The position numbers were made by a program, and so were the translations under genes. Below the pieces are notes generated by a model. The model did no database searches, had not been told where the DNA came from, and worked only from the letters and a program-made list of their open reading frames with translations. Shown piece after piece: positions 44,762-54,722 of a stretch of DNA of 64,000 nt. Source of the stretch: Bacteroidales bacterium (GTDB taxonomy: Bacteria; Bacteroidota; Bacteroidia; Bacteroidales; VadinHA17); assembly GCA_035531395.1 (NCBI GenBank), contig DATKTA010000023.1:282783-346782 (forward strand). Direction: 5' to 3'. Position 1 is the first letter of the stretch; every line of letters starts with the position of its first letter.

Positions 44762-46774
44762 ATGAAAGCAAAATATCTGTTAGGCTTCTTCATTTGTCTT
44801 GGATTATTCAAGGTTCTTCCTGCACAGTTTTCTTATCCAGGTATTACTCCGGGGGAAGCACAGGTCATATCCGCGGATGGTAAAATGACGATTCTTGAGA
44901 ACCAGGCTGTCAGGATGCAACTTGCACTTACCAATGGCAAAATCAGGATCATTGGATTTGAGGACATAGAAACAGGAGACAGGCTTATAAAAGACCCACT
45001 TCCGTTATTTGAACTTAAATTGAAAAACGGTCAGGTAATCACATCTGATAATTTCAGATTGAAAGGGAAACCTGAAATAGTTTACACCGGAGCAAATCCA
45101 TCATCAGCAATATTTGCCGAAAGGACAGGGGGTGGAAAGTATGATGCATATCTGGAGGATAAAAAATCAGGAATATATCTTCACTGGGAAGCGGAGCTCA
45201 GAAATGGCTCCAATTACATCAGGCAGATATTCAGATTCACAACAGTGGATGAAGAAAAAATTTCAGGTATTACTCTTGTTAAGATACCTTCTTCTACGGG
45301 TGCCAGGAAAATCGGAAATGTAGATGGTTCTCCACTGGTTGTGAACAACATTTTTATTGCACTTGAATACCCTCTTTCCAGGATTGAAAATGATAATGGT
45401 TCTATAAAGATATCAGTACCAAGGCTTACCAAAGAGCTCTCTACGGTGTGGGGTGTGACACCTCCCGGCCAGTTGCGAAGGGGATTCCTTTACTATGTTG
45501 AAAGGGAACGTGCGCATCCATATCACCAGGTTCTGCATTACAATTCATGGTTCGACATCTCATGGGATAAAAGAAAATTCGATGAGACCGAATCATCCGA
45601 CAGGATAAGACTCTTTGGTGACAGCCTTATCAGGGCGAGAAATGTCCATCTGACAGGTTTCCTGTTTGACGACGGATGGGATGACAACAGGACTCTCTGG
45701 AAGTTTCATTCAGGTTTTCCGGATGGTTTTACAAACCTGAAAACTCTTGCGAGATCATATGAATCGGATATAGGAGTGTGGATGTCGCCGTTCGGTGGAT
45801 ACGGAGAACCAAAGAATTCAAGGATTGAGTATGGAAACAGGCAAAAACCTCCATTTGAGACCAATAAAAATGGATTTTCTCTTTCGGGGCCGGTATATTA
45901 CAATCGCTTTAAAGAGGTTGCGTCAGATTTTGTAAAGAAATATGACATCTCTATGTTCAAGTTTGATGGTGTAGGTGCAGGGGTTGGAGCAGGAAGCGGT
46001 GATCTTACAGAATACCAGAAGGATGTTGAATCATTTCTCAATCTTCTCAGGCATCTGCTAAACCTCAAGCCTGATCTCTATATGAGTCTCACAACCGGTA
46101 CATGGCCTTCAGTATACTGGCTAAAATTTGGAGATAACATCTGGCGTGGAGGGGATGATACAAACATGACGGGAGAAGGATCTAAACGTCAGCAGTGGAT
46201 AACATACAGGGATGCAGATGTTTTTAAAAACATAGTACAGCGCGGACCGCTCTTCCCGTTAAACTCATTGATGACATGCGGGATATGCATTGCAGATAAT
46301 GGTAATCCGGGAATATTTGAAATGAATGATAAAGACATTTCGGACGAGATATGGTCGTTCTTTGCTACAGGAACAAATCTGCAGGAACTTTATATTAATC
46401 CTCACAAACTGAATAAAGCCAACTGGGATTGTCTTGCCTCAGCAGCAAAATGGGCAAAAGATAATGAATCAGTGATGGCCGATGCACATTGGGTAGGAGG
46501 TGATCCGGCAAAAGGGGAGGTTTATGGATATGCATCATGGTCGGAAAAGAAAAGCGTGGTATCACTTCGCAATCCCTCTTCAATGGAAAAAGTTTTTCAT
46601 TTCAAAGTGAAAGAAGTTTTTGAGATACCTGATGGTCACGATGACAATTATTTATTCACAGATGTAATATCTGAAGTCAACGGCAGAACGAAGTCATCAG
46701 TTGTCGGGAGATCATTTATGATTATACTGAAACCTTTTGAAGTCAGGATTTTTGATGCTGTTCCTCAAAACTGA
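44762..46774 (+). CDS. Clan GH-D (GH36/GH27 alpha-galactosidase-like) putative glycoside hydrolase, secreted
   Basis: GFLFDDGWDDNRTLW...FPDGF...IGVWMSPFG and DISMFKFDGVG resemble the GH27/36 DDGW and KxD motifs. A signal peptide is present. The family is not certain. Confidence 0.5.
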   Translation: MKAKYLLGFFICLGLFKVLPAQFSYPGITPGEAQVISADGKMTILENQAVRMQLALTNGKIRIIGFEDIETGDRLIKDPLPLFELKLKNGQVITSDNFRLKGKPEIVYTGANPSSAIFAERTGGGKYDAYLEDKKSGIYLHWEAELRNGSNYIRQIFRFTTVDEEKISGITLVKIPSSTGARKIGNVDGSPLVVNNIFIALEYPLSRIENDNGSIKISVPRLTKELSTVWGVTPPGQLRRGFLYYVERERAHPYHQVLHYNSWFDISWDKRKFDETESSDRIRLFGDSLIRARNVHLTGFLFDDGWDDNRTLWKFHSGFPDGFTNLKTLARSYESDIGVWMSPFGGYGEPKNSRIEYGNRQKPPFETNKNGFSLSGPVYYNRFKEVASDFVKKYDISMFKFDGVGAGVGAGSGDLTEYQKDVESFLNLLRHLLNLKPDLYMSLTTGTWPSVYWLKFGDNIWRGGDDTNMTGEGSKRQQWITYRDADVFKNIVQRGPLFPLNSLMTCGICIADNGNPGIFEMNDKDISDEIWSFFATGTNLQELYINPHKLNKANWDCLASAAKWAKDNESVMADAHWVGGDPAKGEVYGYASWSEKKSVVSLRNPSSMEKVFHFKVKEVFEIPDGHDDNYLFTDVISEVNGRTKSSVVGRSFMIILKPFEVRIFDAVPQN

Positions 46775-46819
46775 CAGTATAATTTATGTAGAAAGTTGAA
46801 TGAATCAAGAAAATAAAGT

Positions 46820-48127
46820 ATGAAAGAACAACTCAGTAATAAAGGGATCACCAGGCGCCAGGCACTGAAGGGATTAGGAATGAGTGCAGCAGCAGTTCCA
46901 TTTCTTAAAAGCTCAGACCTGGCAGGGATTGGTAATTCACCTGTTCAGACAAGCAGTAAAGGTGAGATAAAAATAACCAGGGTGGAAAGCATCCATTTCA
47001 ATGAGAAATTAAAGATAGGTGGAGGATCAGGAGGAAGCGGGACTACAGAATTCTGCTGGATCCGCATACATACAAATACAGGGATAATTGGTTATGGTGA
47101 GACATACCCGTCGGTTAACGGCGAAATGGGAAGTCTGAAAGATCTTGCAAATGAGTACCTTATAGGTGAAGATCCGCGTGATATTGAAAAGATCCTTAAA
47201 GGGATATACAAGTACCAGGCAATGAGAAATGCCGGAGGGTCGGAAATGCATATGATGAGTGCAATCGATATGGCGCTTCTCGACATCCTGGGGAAGTATA
47301 CAGGCCTGCCGCTTTACAGGCTGATAGGAGGTAAAACACGTCCAAGGGTAAAGGTTTACAATACCGTAACAGATTACTGGGCCATCAACAATACCAAGAT
47401 GGGTCCTGATACTGAAAAGATTGTAACATTTCTTCTCGAGAAAGGAATAACAGCCATGAAGATATACCCCTTCAGGACCGAAGGTGGATTTATAAGTTCA
47501 GTTGGAATTGATAATGGGATAGAATGGCTGAGACAGATTGAAAAAACAGCCGGGAAAAAGATGGAGATCCTTATTGACGGATGGGGTGGCTTCGATCTTC
47601 CCGGAGCACAAAGGGTATTAAAGGCCTGTGAACCATTCAATGTAATCCATGCTGAAGACATACTGCTTCCTGATTCGGCACAATCGTATGCAAAACTGGC
47701 CCAGGAAACAAGCATTCCAATTGCACACAGTGAGACAATGGCTACGCGATACCAGCTGAAAGATTTCCTGGAAGCCAGGGCTGTAGACATCCTGATGTTT
47801 GATATCTGCTGGTGCGGTGGAGTTACTGAAGCTAAGAAAATGTGTGATATGGCTGATGCTTATCATATTCCTGCATCTCCGCATACCTGCGGAGGCCCGT
47901 TGCTGTATGTCGCATCAGCACACCTCTGCACTGCTATTCAGAACTTCTCTTATATGGAGAGCAACTACTGGAAGTATACCCACCAGTTCCCATATTTCAT
48001 TAATGGTGTTCCAGTACCTGTTAACGGCTATGTTACAGCACCGGAGGGGCCGGGTCTCGGAGTTGAGATAAAGGAAGAACTTTTCAAAAACGGGGATGCC
48101 ATTGTTGAGAATATAGCAAACTTGTAA
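46820..48127 (+). CDS. Enolase-superfamily (mandelate racemase/muconate lactonizing enzyme, sugar-acid dehydratase-like) protein with Tat signal
   Basis: The Tat motif is TRRQALKGLGMSAAAVPF. The MR/MLE blocks are ILIDGWGGF, IHAEDIL, IAHSETM, DILMFDICWCGGVTEAKK and PHTCGGPL. Confidence 0.75.
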   Translation: MKEQLSNKGITRRQALKGLGMSAAAVPFLKSSDLAGIGNSPVQTSSKGEIKITRVESIHFNEKLKIGGGSGGSGTTEFCWIRIHTNTGIIGYGETYPSVNGEMGSLKDLANEYLIGEDPRDIEKILKGIYKYQAMRNAGGSEMHMMSAIDMALLDILGKYTGLPLYRLIGGKTRPRVKVYNTVTDYWAINNTKMGPDTEKIVTFLLEKGITAMKIYPFRTEGGFISSVGIDNGIEWLRQIEKTAGKKMEILIDGWGGFDLPGAQRVLKACEPFNVIHAEDILLPDSAQSYAKLAQETSIPIAHSETMATRYQLKDFLEARAVDILMFDICWCGGVTEAKKMCDMADAYHIPASPHTCGGPLLYVASAHLCTAIQNFSYMESNYWKYTHQFPYFINGVPVPVNGYVTAPEGPGLGVEIKEELFKNGDAIVENIANL

Positions 48128-48163
48128 GAGTGATTTTTTAAAAGAATTCCAGTATAATCTTCT

Positions 48164-49048
48164 ATGAAAACATTTACTCTCAGATCAGTTTTATTCATTT
48201 TTACATTCATATCAGTGATCATTACACACTCAGAAAATTTAACAGGACAATCCAGCAATGCAAAAGATCCGATACTGATTGCCGGACTCCAGATGACAGT
48301 AACGGCTGATATTGAAAAAAACAGGACGCAGATAATTGAAGGGATCAGTAAAGCGTCCAGGGACGGAGCTGTTTTTCTGGTTACCCCTGAAGGTTCATTG
48401 TCTGGCTATACAAATATGTTTGACCAGGAAGAGGTTGAAAGGGCTTTGAAGGAAGTACTGGATGCTGCAGCCAGGAATAAGCTCGGATTGATGCTTGGAA
48501 CATGTTTTAAAGAGAATATATCAGGTGCAGAGTATTGCTACAACCAGGTCAGGTTGTATTCTCCGGAGGGGAAATTTATGGGAGCCTATTCCAAGGTCTT
48601 AAGATGCAGCAATTTAGACCTGCCAGGGTCGGGGGAGATGGTTGATTATGTTGAAGGAGAATTAAAAATATTTGACTGGAATGGGGACAGATTTGGGATA
48701 CTTATATGCAACGATCTGTGGGCAACACCAGGATACACAACCATGTCTAATCCATATCTGCCCTGGAAGCTGAAACAGATGGGGGCTCAGTTCATTGTGC
48801 ATTGCATCAATTCAGGTACTAACCAGAGATATCGGTCATTTCATGAATCTTCGGCCGAATTGTGGGCTATTTCGCTGAAGATACCCATTATGGAAATAAA
48901 TGCTGCACACGGGAATGATATGATAAATGCTCAGTCGGGACTCATTGAACCAAATGGAGAAAGAAGCATCAGGGTAAAAGATTCGGGGAATGAGTACTTT
49001 ATTGTGAAGGTATACCCATCTGAAATAAAAGTGGTTGCAGATCATTAA
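48164..49048 (+). CDS. Carbon-nitrogen hydrolase (nitrilase-superfamily amidase) with signal peptide
   Basis: The E-K-C triad contexts are LVTPEGS, AYSKVL and FGILICNDLW. The N-terminal signal is LFIFTFISVIITHS. Confidence 0.7.
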   Translation: MKTFTLRSVLFIFTFISVIITHSENLTGQSSNAKDPILIAGLQMTVTADIEKNRTQIIEGISKASRDGAVFLVTPEGSLSGYTNMFDQEEVERALKEVLDAAARNKLGLMLGTCFKENISGAEYCYNQVRLYSPEGKFMGAYSKVLRCSNLDLPGSGEMVDYVEGELKIFDWNGDRFGILICNDLWATPGYTTMSNPYLPWKLKQMGAQFIVHCINSGTNQRYRSFHESSAELWAISLKIPIMEINAAHGNDMINAQSGLIEPNGERSIRVKDSGNEYFIVKVYPSEIKVVADH

Positions 49049-49108
49049 TATTGGTAACCGATAGAGAGAAATAAATATTACATCAAAACCCATTTAAAAC
49101 TATCTGCT

Positions 49109-49960
49109 ATGAGAACACTTATATACGGATTCTGCTTTTCAGTACTGTTTTCGGTTACGGCATTCTCCCAGAGTAAGCCAGAGGTCATTTCTCTCTGGGA
49201 GAAAGGTGCTCCAGGCTTTGAAAACCGCAAAGATATTCCGGAACAGTCAAAGGACTGGTGGGTAAAAAACATTAACAACCCTACTCTTACGCTGTTCAGA
49301 CCGTCTGAGGATATTTCAAACGGTTGTGCTGTTATTGTTGCTCCAGGTGGTGGTTTCAGGGAACTTGTATTTGATGGTGAAGGCCGCATGGTAGCAGAAT
49401 ATCTGAATAAACTAGGAGTTACAGTATTTGTTCTGAAATACAGGCTTCCCAATGAGGAGAATTCCCCCTATACTTTCAAAGAGGTACGCCAGGATGCCTA
49501 CAGAGCAGTCAGGATGGTTCGAAGTCGTGCATCAGAGTTTAAAATTGATCCGGCCCGGATAGGGATGATGGGATTTTCTGCCGGCGGGGCAGTAGTTATG
49601 ATGGTGGCTTTCGATAATGGAGACGGAGATCCAAAGGCTCCTGATCCGACAGACAAGATTAATGGGCGACCGGATTTCCAGATAATGGTATATCCTGGTG
49701 GGAAGGCTCCTGAAAAAGTTCCGGCAGGTTCCCCTCCGGCTTTCCTTATCTGCGCCAATGATGATGAATATGGCTGTGATGAGGTTACAATAGACCTTCT
49801 CCTTAAGTTCAGGAAAGCAAATGTACCGGTCGAGGCATTTTTTCTTGCCAGGGGTAAGCATGCCTTCAATATGGGAGACAGATCAACCTACAAGGCTGTC
49901 CGTAATTGGCCCGACAGAATGGCAGACTGGCTTAATGACAGCGGGTATCTTAAAAAGTAG
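49109..49960 (+). CDS. Secreted alpha/beta-hydrolase esterase (carbohydrate esterase-like)
   Basis: The signal peptide ends in VTAFSQS. The oxyanion motif is APGGGF and the nucleophile elbow is GFSAGG. A late D and H supply the rest of the triad. Confidence 0.75.
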   Translation: MRTLIYGFCFSVLFSVTAFSQSKPEVISLWEKGAPGFENRKDIPEQSKDWWVKNINNPTLTLFRPSEDISNGCAVIVAPGGGFRELVFDGEGRMVAEYLNKLGVTVFVLKYRLPNEENSPYTFKEVRQDAYRAVRMVRSRASEFKIDPARIGMMGFSAGGAVVMMVAFDNGDGDPKAPDPTDKINGRPDFQIMVYPGGKAPEKVPAGSPPAFLICANDDEYGCDEVTIDLLLKFRKANVPVEAFFLARGKHAFNMGDRSTYKAVRNWPDRMADWLNDSGYLKK

Positions 49961-50015
49961 AATTACATACAAATAGTTATTTTAATTCAAGTTAATGTCA
50001 ATAAAACAGTAAGTC

Positions 50016-50546
50016 ATGAAAAATTTATTAATTGTAATCTTGTCGATAATAAGTGTTGGTTCAGTTTCTTTTCTCTGCATGAAGGAAGAGGGAAAAGCGC
50101 CTTTGATTAGTTCAAAAACTGTAACCCAGGTTGCTATAATTGTTACTGATATTGATAAGGCCCGGAACAATTGGGCTGAGGTGCTTGGTGTAAAAGTACC
50201 TGAGGTAAGTATAGGAGAATCAAATTCATCGAGGCCAACCCTTTACAAGGGGAAGCCCTCAGATGCTAAAGCAAAACTGGCTTTCCTGTCGATGGAGAAT
50301 CTTCAGATCGAACTTATCCAGCCACTTGGAGGAAAGAGTACATGGCAGGAATTCCTAGATAAAAACGGAGAAGGAATTCATCACATTGCTTTCTGGGTAA
50401 AAGATATAAACGGTTTGGAAAAAGAATTCCAGCTGCAGGGAATGCCAACAGTAATGAGTGGTGGATGGGATGGAGGTGCCTACAGCTACATTAGCTCAGA
50501 GAAACAGCTTGGCTGTATTCTTGAGTTGCTTGAGAACTATAATTGA
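50016..50546 (+). CDS. VOC (glyoxalase/bleomycin-resistance/dioxygenase) family protein with N-terminal signal or anchor
   Basis: VAIIVTDIDKA...IELIQP...GEGIHHIAFWVKDI is a typical VOC pattern. The N-terminal segment is hydrophobic (LLIVILSIISVGSVSFLC). Confidence 0.65.
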   Translation: MKNLLIVILSIISVGSVSFLCMKEEGKAPLISSKTVTQVAIIVTDIDKARNNWAEVLGVKVPEVSIGESNSSRPTLYKGKPSDAKAKLAFLSMENLQIELIQPLGGKSTWQEFLDKNGEGIHHIAFWVKDINGLEKEFQLQGMPTVMSGGWDGGAYSYISSEKQLGCILELLENYN

Positions 50547-53149
50547 AATTCTGCAACAGGAACATTCCACCCTTCAATAACAAGCTTGAGATCATTCATT
50601 CCTGTCGTGCTTTTACCTGTCGAGAGGTCGACCATTATTTCTTTCTCCTCACCAGGCAGAAGCGTCAGAAAGTTTTCAGTGAACCAGACAGGTAGGATCA
50701 GCTCATTTTTACCATTTGTAACTTTAAGCCTGATAAAGAATGCTGTTTCACTTCCAGGATTTGACAACCTTATAACTGATTGACCATTATCGATTTTCCT
50801 AAGATCTGTATTTAATGTAACTTTCTGCAATTCATTCAGCTTCTCATACGAATGAGTTTTATTTGAGAGCCAGTAAAGGTTCTCGTCGACAATTTTGTCC
50901 TGGTCTGAGAGCTGTAGCTTCAGGAAGAATACTTCATTGGTGTTTGCAGGGAGAACAACCTTGTCAAGGAGCTGAAGTGTATGTGCCTGAAGTGTCACAT
51001 CGTTTTTCTTTTCGGAAAGAAGTTTGCCATGCATGTCATAGAGCATAATACCGGCGGTTAAAGGATTGGTTTTTACAGCCTTTTGATTAAGGACACATAC
51101 TACTGAATCATTCAGGTTCAACTGAATATGAACAGGTGCAGCGCCATGCTTAAAACCGAAATATCCACCCTGATAATCGAGGTAATAATCATAGAAAGAT
51201 CCGCGAAGGGCGGTCCATGGATTCTGATTTTTCCATACCAGCATACCGGCATACCAGTCCCACATTTTATGGTTAAAGGCCTCCTGCAGTGCTCTGTACT
51301 GCTCATAGCTCACTATCTGGGCTTTGAAGCAGAAATCCTGGATATCCTTTACTTTACCATAACGATCGGGGAAATCCATCAGGGGAAGATATTTATGGTA
51401 TTGCCATGATCTTCCCGGTCTGGGACCCTGTGGAGGCTTCAACTCTTCCTGGGGAATGAACTTAACAAGTCCGTCATAATTGGGGATGCCTATTGAGCCT
51501 GTTTCAGGATTAAACGGGAATGATCTTTCAGTGAATATTTTCTCAGGTTCGCGGATACCGTATGGTCCGTCTCCTACACCCCCAATGCTGTTGGTCATTA
51601 GCTTTGCAGATGTTGAGTATTCAAGGAAATACCTGCCCGGGTCATATTTCGGAAAAATCTCCTCCTCAAGGGATTTAAGTATATCCGCTACAGGTAGTGT
51701 TTCATTGCTTCCGCACCAAAGGTAAAGGCTGGGGTGGTTCCTGAGCATTTTTATCTGGTCAACAGCCGACTCAAGAAAAAGGTCATGATTATCGGGATAA
51801 GCCTTACGGCGGGCCTGTGACTCTTTCTTCATAGGGTCGAGCCATTCTCCGTTACAATCACCGGAAATCCAGAGGTCCTGCCATACCAGTACGCCATATT
51901 TGTCGCAGGCATTGTAAAATTCAGGGCGTTCCGTAAGACCGCCTCCCCAGACCCTTATCATGTTCATATTCATTCCGGCATGCATCCGCACTTCGGCATC
52001 ATATCGTTCAGCGCTCAGCCTCATCAGCATGTCTGAAGCTATCCAGTTGCCTCCTTTTATGAATACTTTCTGACCGTTGACTGTGAAGACCCTTGACCTG
52101 ATTTTTTCATCCCAGTAATTGGCAGCCTCCCTTATTCCGATAGTAACCTCTTCTGAATCCATGTTAACCCCGCTCTGAACCACAAAATCAAACTTCACTT
52201 TATAGAGAGGCTGATCACCCATTCCATTTGGCCACCACAGCCTTGGATTTTGTATCTTAAACTCTGGAAGTCCTGCAATTTTGACTTCATAAGGATTAAG
52301 TGTAACTTTTACACTTTTTGTTTCTCCTTCAATTGAAACAGATAAAGTTCCCTGGACAGCAGTGGATGTAGGATTAACAAGTTCAGCTGATGGTTTAAGA
52401 AAAACTGGTTGTTGTTTCGCGCCGGGTTCTCTTATACCGGGCACTCTCATTTCAACAAAAGGATTCCTCAGGTCAGCTGTACCGGTGATCTCAATGGCAA
52501 CCTGATCCCAGATACCAGTATTGCGGTCCCGGACAGGACATATCCAGTCCCAGCCGGCTGTGAACTGCATTGTTACATTACGGCCAATGGTGCCATCTCC
52601 CCCCTGTCCCCCGTTAGGATTTCCAACAGGATCAGGAGGAGCGACCCATACTGCAATTTTGTTTGGTTTGCCTTTGTTGAGAAAAGGAGTAATCAGATAT
52701 TTCTCCCTCAGATACATCCCTTCATGAGTATCTGTATTGACTCTCTTTCCGTTGAGAAATACATCGGCAAAGTAATTGATTCCCCTGAAACTGATCCATA
52801 CCTGTTGATCTTCATTGAGTTCAGGAAGATCAAACTCATTATAAAACCAGTATGTATAGTAATCTCTGCCGGTTTCAAAAACATCAGGGATAAGGTTATT
52901 ATTCATTCCAAAGAAAGGATCAGGAATCTGGTTGTTGTGCAATAAAGTTGTAAGCACTGTTCCGGGAACAACAGCATCGATCCACCCTTCTATTTTATAA
53001 TTACCTGATGATATCTCATTGCCATCGGCCAATATATCTGTTGCCCTTCTGGCTTTCCAGTTTTCATTTAGAAGAATTATTGAAGGCTGCGAGTATGATC
53101 TGAACATGATCGCAGTTACAGTAAACAAAATGCATAATATCTTTTTCAT
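50537..53149 (-). CDS. GH2 glycoside hydrolase of the beta-mannosidase / exo-beta-D-glucosaminidase subgroup, secreted
   Basis: The acid/base motif is LWCGSNET. FTAGWDWICPVRDRNTGIW is typical of the Man2A/CsxA subgroup. The N-terminal sugar-binding domain motif is WIDAVVPGTVLTTL. Confidence 0.85.
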   Translation of the reverse strand: MKKILCILFTVTAIMFRSYSQPSIILLNENWKARRATDILADGNEISSGNYKIEGWIDAVVPGTVLTTLLHNNQIPDPFFGMNNNLIPDVFETGRDYYTYWFYNEFDLPELNEDQQVWISFRGINYFADVFLNGKRVNTDTHEGMYLREKYLITPFLNKGKPNKIAVWVAPPDPVGNPNGGQGGDGTIGRNVTMQFTAGWDWICPVRDRNTGIWDQVAIEITGTADLRNPFVEMRVPGIREPGAKQQPVFLKPSAELVNPTSTAVQGTLSVSIEGETKSVKVTLNPYEVKIAGLPEFKIQNPRLWWPNGMGDQPLYKVKFDFVVQSGVNMDSEEVTIGIREAANYWDEKIRSRVFTVNGQKVFIKGGNWIASDMLMRLSAERYDAEVRMHAGMNMNMIRVWGGGLTERPEFYNACDKYGVLVWQDLWISGDCNGEWLDPMKKESQARRKAYPDNHDLFLESAVDQIKMLRNHPSLYLWCGSNETLPVADILKSLEEEIFPKYDPGRYFLEYSTSAKLMTNSIGGVGDGPYGIREPEKIFTERSFPFNPETGSIGIPNYDGLVKFIPQEELKPPQGPRPGRSWQYHKYLPLMDFPDRYGKVKDIQDFCFKAQIVSYEQYRALQEAFNHKMWDWYAGMLVWKNQNPWTALRGSFYDYYLDYQGGYFGFKHGAAPVHIQLNLNDSVVCVLNQKAVKTNPLTAGIMLYDMHGKLLSEKKNDVTLQAHTLQLLDKVVLPANTNEVFFLKLQLSDQDKIVDENLYWLSNKTHSYEKLNELQKVTLNTDLRKIDNGQSVIRLSNPGSETAFFIRLKVTNGKNELILPVWFTENFLTLLPGEEKEIMVDLSTGKSTTGMNDLKLVIEGWNVPVAEFQL

Positions 53150-53167
53150 TTTCTTCAGGTTTTAATT

Positions 53168-54667
53168 TTACTTGCCAGGCTTTAGGGTAACCGCCATTTT
53201 TAGATTCTTTCCTGCAGGCAAAGTTACGGATCTCCCTTCAGTATCAAAAGAATCCCACCTTTTTCCATTGATTGTCACACTGCTGATTCTCACGGAAGGA
53301 TCTTCGGCAAGTGAAACAAAGTGTTTTTCTCCCTCTACAGCCTCAGTGATATTGAAATAAAAAGTTACTTGTTTTCTGTTAACATATAGATTCAGATACA
53401 GGTAGTTTAGAAGTGAAGTCTCCATTTCATGATAAGAGGATTTCCATGCAGATGCCTTTTCCTTGTTTTTTGCTTCTCCGGAGGGGGTAATCCCGATATA
53501 TGCTCCCCCGTATTCATGATCAATAAAATATTCAGTCCATACAGAGGCCATTCTGGAAAATGATTCGAGATAACTGTCATCCCTGGTAAGATGATAGAGA
53601 TGTATCATTGAGAACATGCCATAGCTCTGGAGCCACCACCACACAATTGAAGTATCTGCAGGGAATGATGGCTGATCTCCATATATCATGTCAAACCAGG
53701 TTCCTCTTACTGGGTCGTATGCAGAATTCATAACCTGTATCGCAAGCTTTTTTCCCATATCTTCATATTGCTTTATGCCTGTAATTTCAGATAATCTCAT
53801 GAGTGAGAAGCATGCTGTCAGTTGAGCACCTGCAGATATGACCTCCCTGTCCATAAGGATTCTTCGGTTTGGCATCCATTGTAAATTGTTTGGAGACGGG
53901 AAGCCATTGACCCATCCATACGGGCTGTCAGTCATTTTTGCAATCGATATATTCATGAGCTCTTCTGCAAAACTACCAATTTCCTTCTCTCCGGTAAAAA
54001 GCATCAGATTAAGAAGCAGCGAGCTGGTATATCCATAATGTGAATGCTTGCTCTTTGAGCTGTCTGCCACAGACAGATCACGGTTGAGAGCCTGGAAATA
54101 ACCTCCGTAAACATCATCTCTGGCATATGTCTGTCTGAGCCTTACAGATTCCATTACTTTTTCCAGGGCTTGTTTATCTCCTGTAACAAAATAATATTCA
54201 GCGAGTCCGACATTAGTGTAGAGCTCGTTAGGCACAGTCTTGGTACTAACTTTCGCATTGCCATCTTCATCCAGCAGATCATACCAGCCTCCATAATTCT
54301 TATCCCAGGCATGATCGAGCAGGTATTCTGCTCCTTCCTTTGCACTCTGCAGGTATGTTTCATTTCCTGATAAGAGGTAGGCGCAAGAGAAGCCATATAT
54401 CTGCCTTCCTATCATGGCAGGATGTTTATCAAAAGGGGGTAATGGATTACCCTCCCTTGAAAGATTTAGAAAATATGCTCCTTTTGCACTATCCAATACG
54501 TGCTGCTGCCAGAAAGGAATAACACTGGTCAATCCCTGGTTTCGCCAGAATTCCCCGTCAAGATATTCATTTTTACTGGAGATTTGACCACAGCTGTAAA
54601 ATAGCAAGGACCAAATGAAAAGTATTACAACCGGCTTCCCCTGATGCGAAATATTTATTTTCAACAT
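53168..54667 (-). CDS. AGE-superfamily (N-acylglucosamine 2-epimerase-like) (alpha/alpha)6-barrel lipoprotein with C-terminal beta-sandwich
   Basis: The lipobox is LLFYSCG. IPFWQQHVLDSAKGAYF...GRQIYGFSCAY...WYDLLDEDG shows an AGE-like repeat pattern. About 70 extra residues follow at the C-terminus. Confidence 0.6.
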   Translation of the reverse strand: MLKINISHQGKPVVILFIWSLLFYSCGQISSKNEYLDGEFWRNQGLTSVIPFWQQHVLDSAKGAYFLNLSREGNPLPPFDKHPAMIGRQIYGFSCAYLLSGNETYLQSAKEGAEYLLDHAWDKNYGGWYDLLDEDGNAKVSTKTVPNELYTNVGLAEYYFVTGDKQALEKVMESVRLRQTYARDDVYGGYFQALNRDLSVADSSKSKHSHYGYTSSLLLNLMLFTGEKEIGSFAEELMNISIAKMTDSPYGWVNGFPSPNNLQWMPNRRILMDREVISAGAQLTACFSLMRLSEITGIKQYEDMGKKLAIQVMNSAYDPVRGTWFDMIYGDQPSFPADTSIVWWWLQSYGMFSMIHLYHLTRDDSYLESFSRMASVWTEYFIDHEYGGAYIGITPSGEAKNKEKASAWKSSYHEMETSLLNYLYLNLYVNRKQVTFYFNITEAVEGEKHFVSLAEDPSVRISSVTINGKRWDSFDTEGRSVTLPAGKNLKMAVTLKPGK

Positions 54668-54722
54668 TTTTATTATGAACCTGCCTGTAAAAATCTCTTA
54701 ATAGTCAGTATTGCCCATAAGT

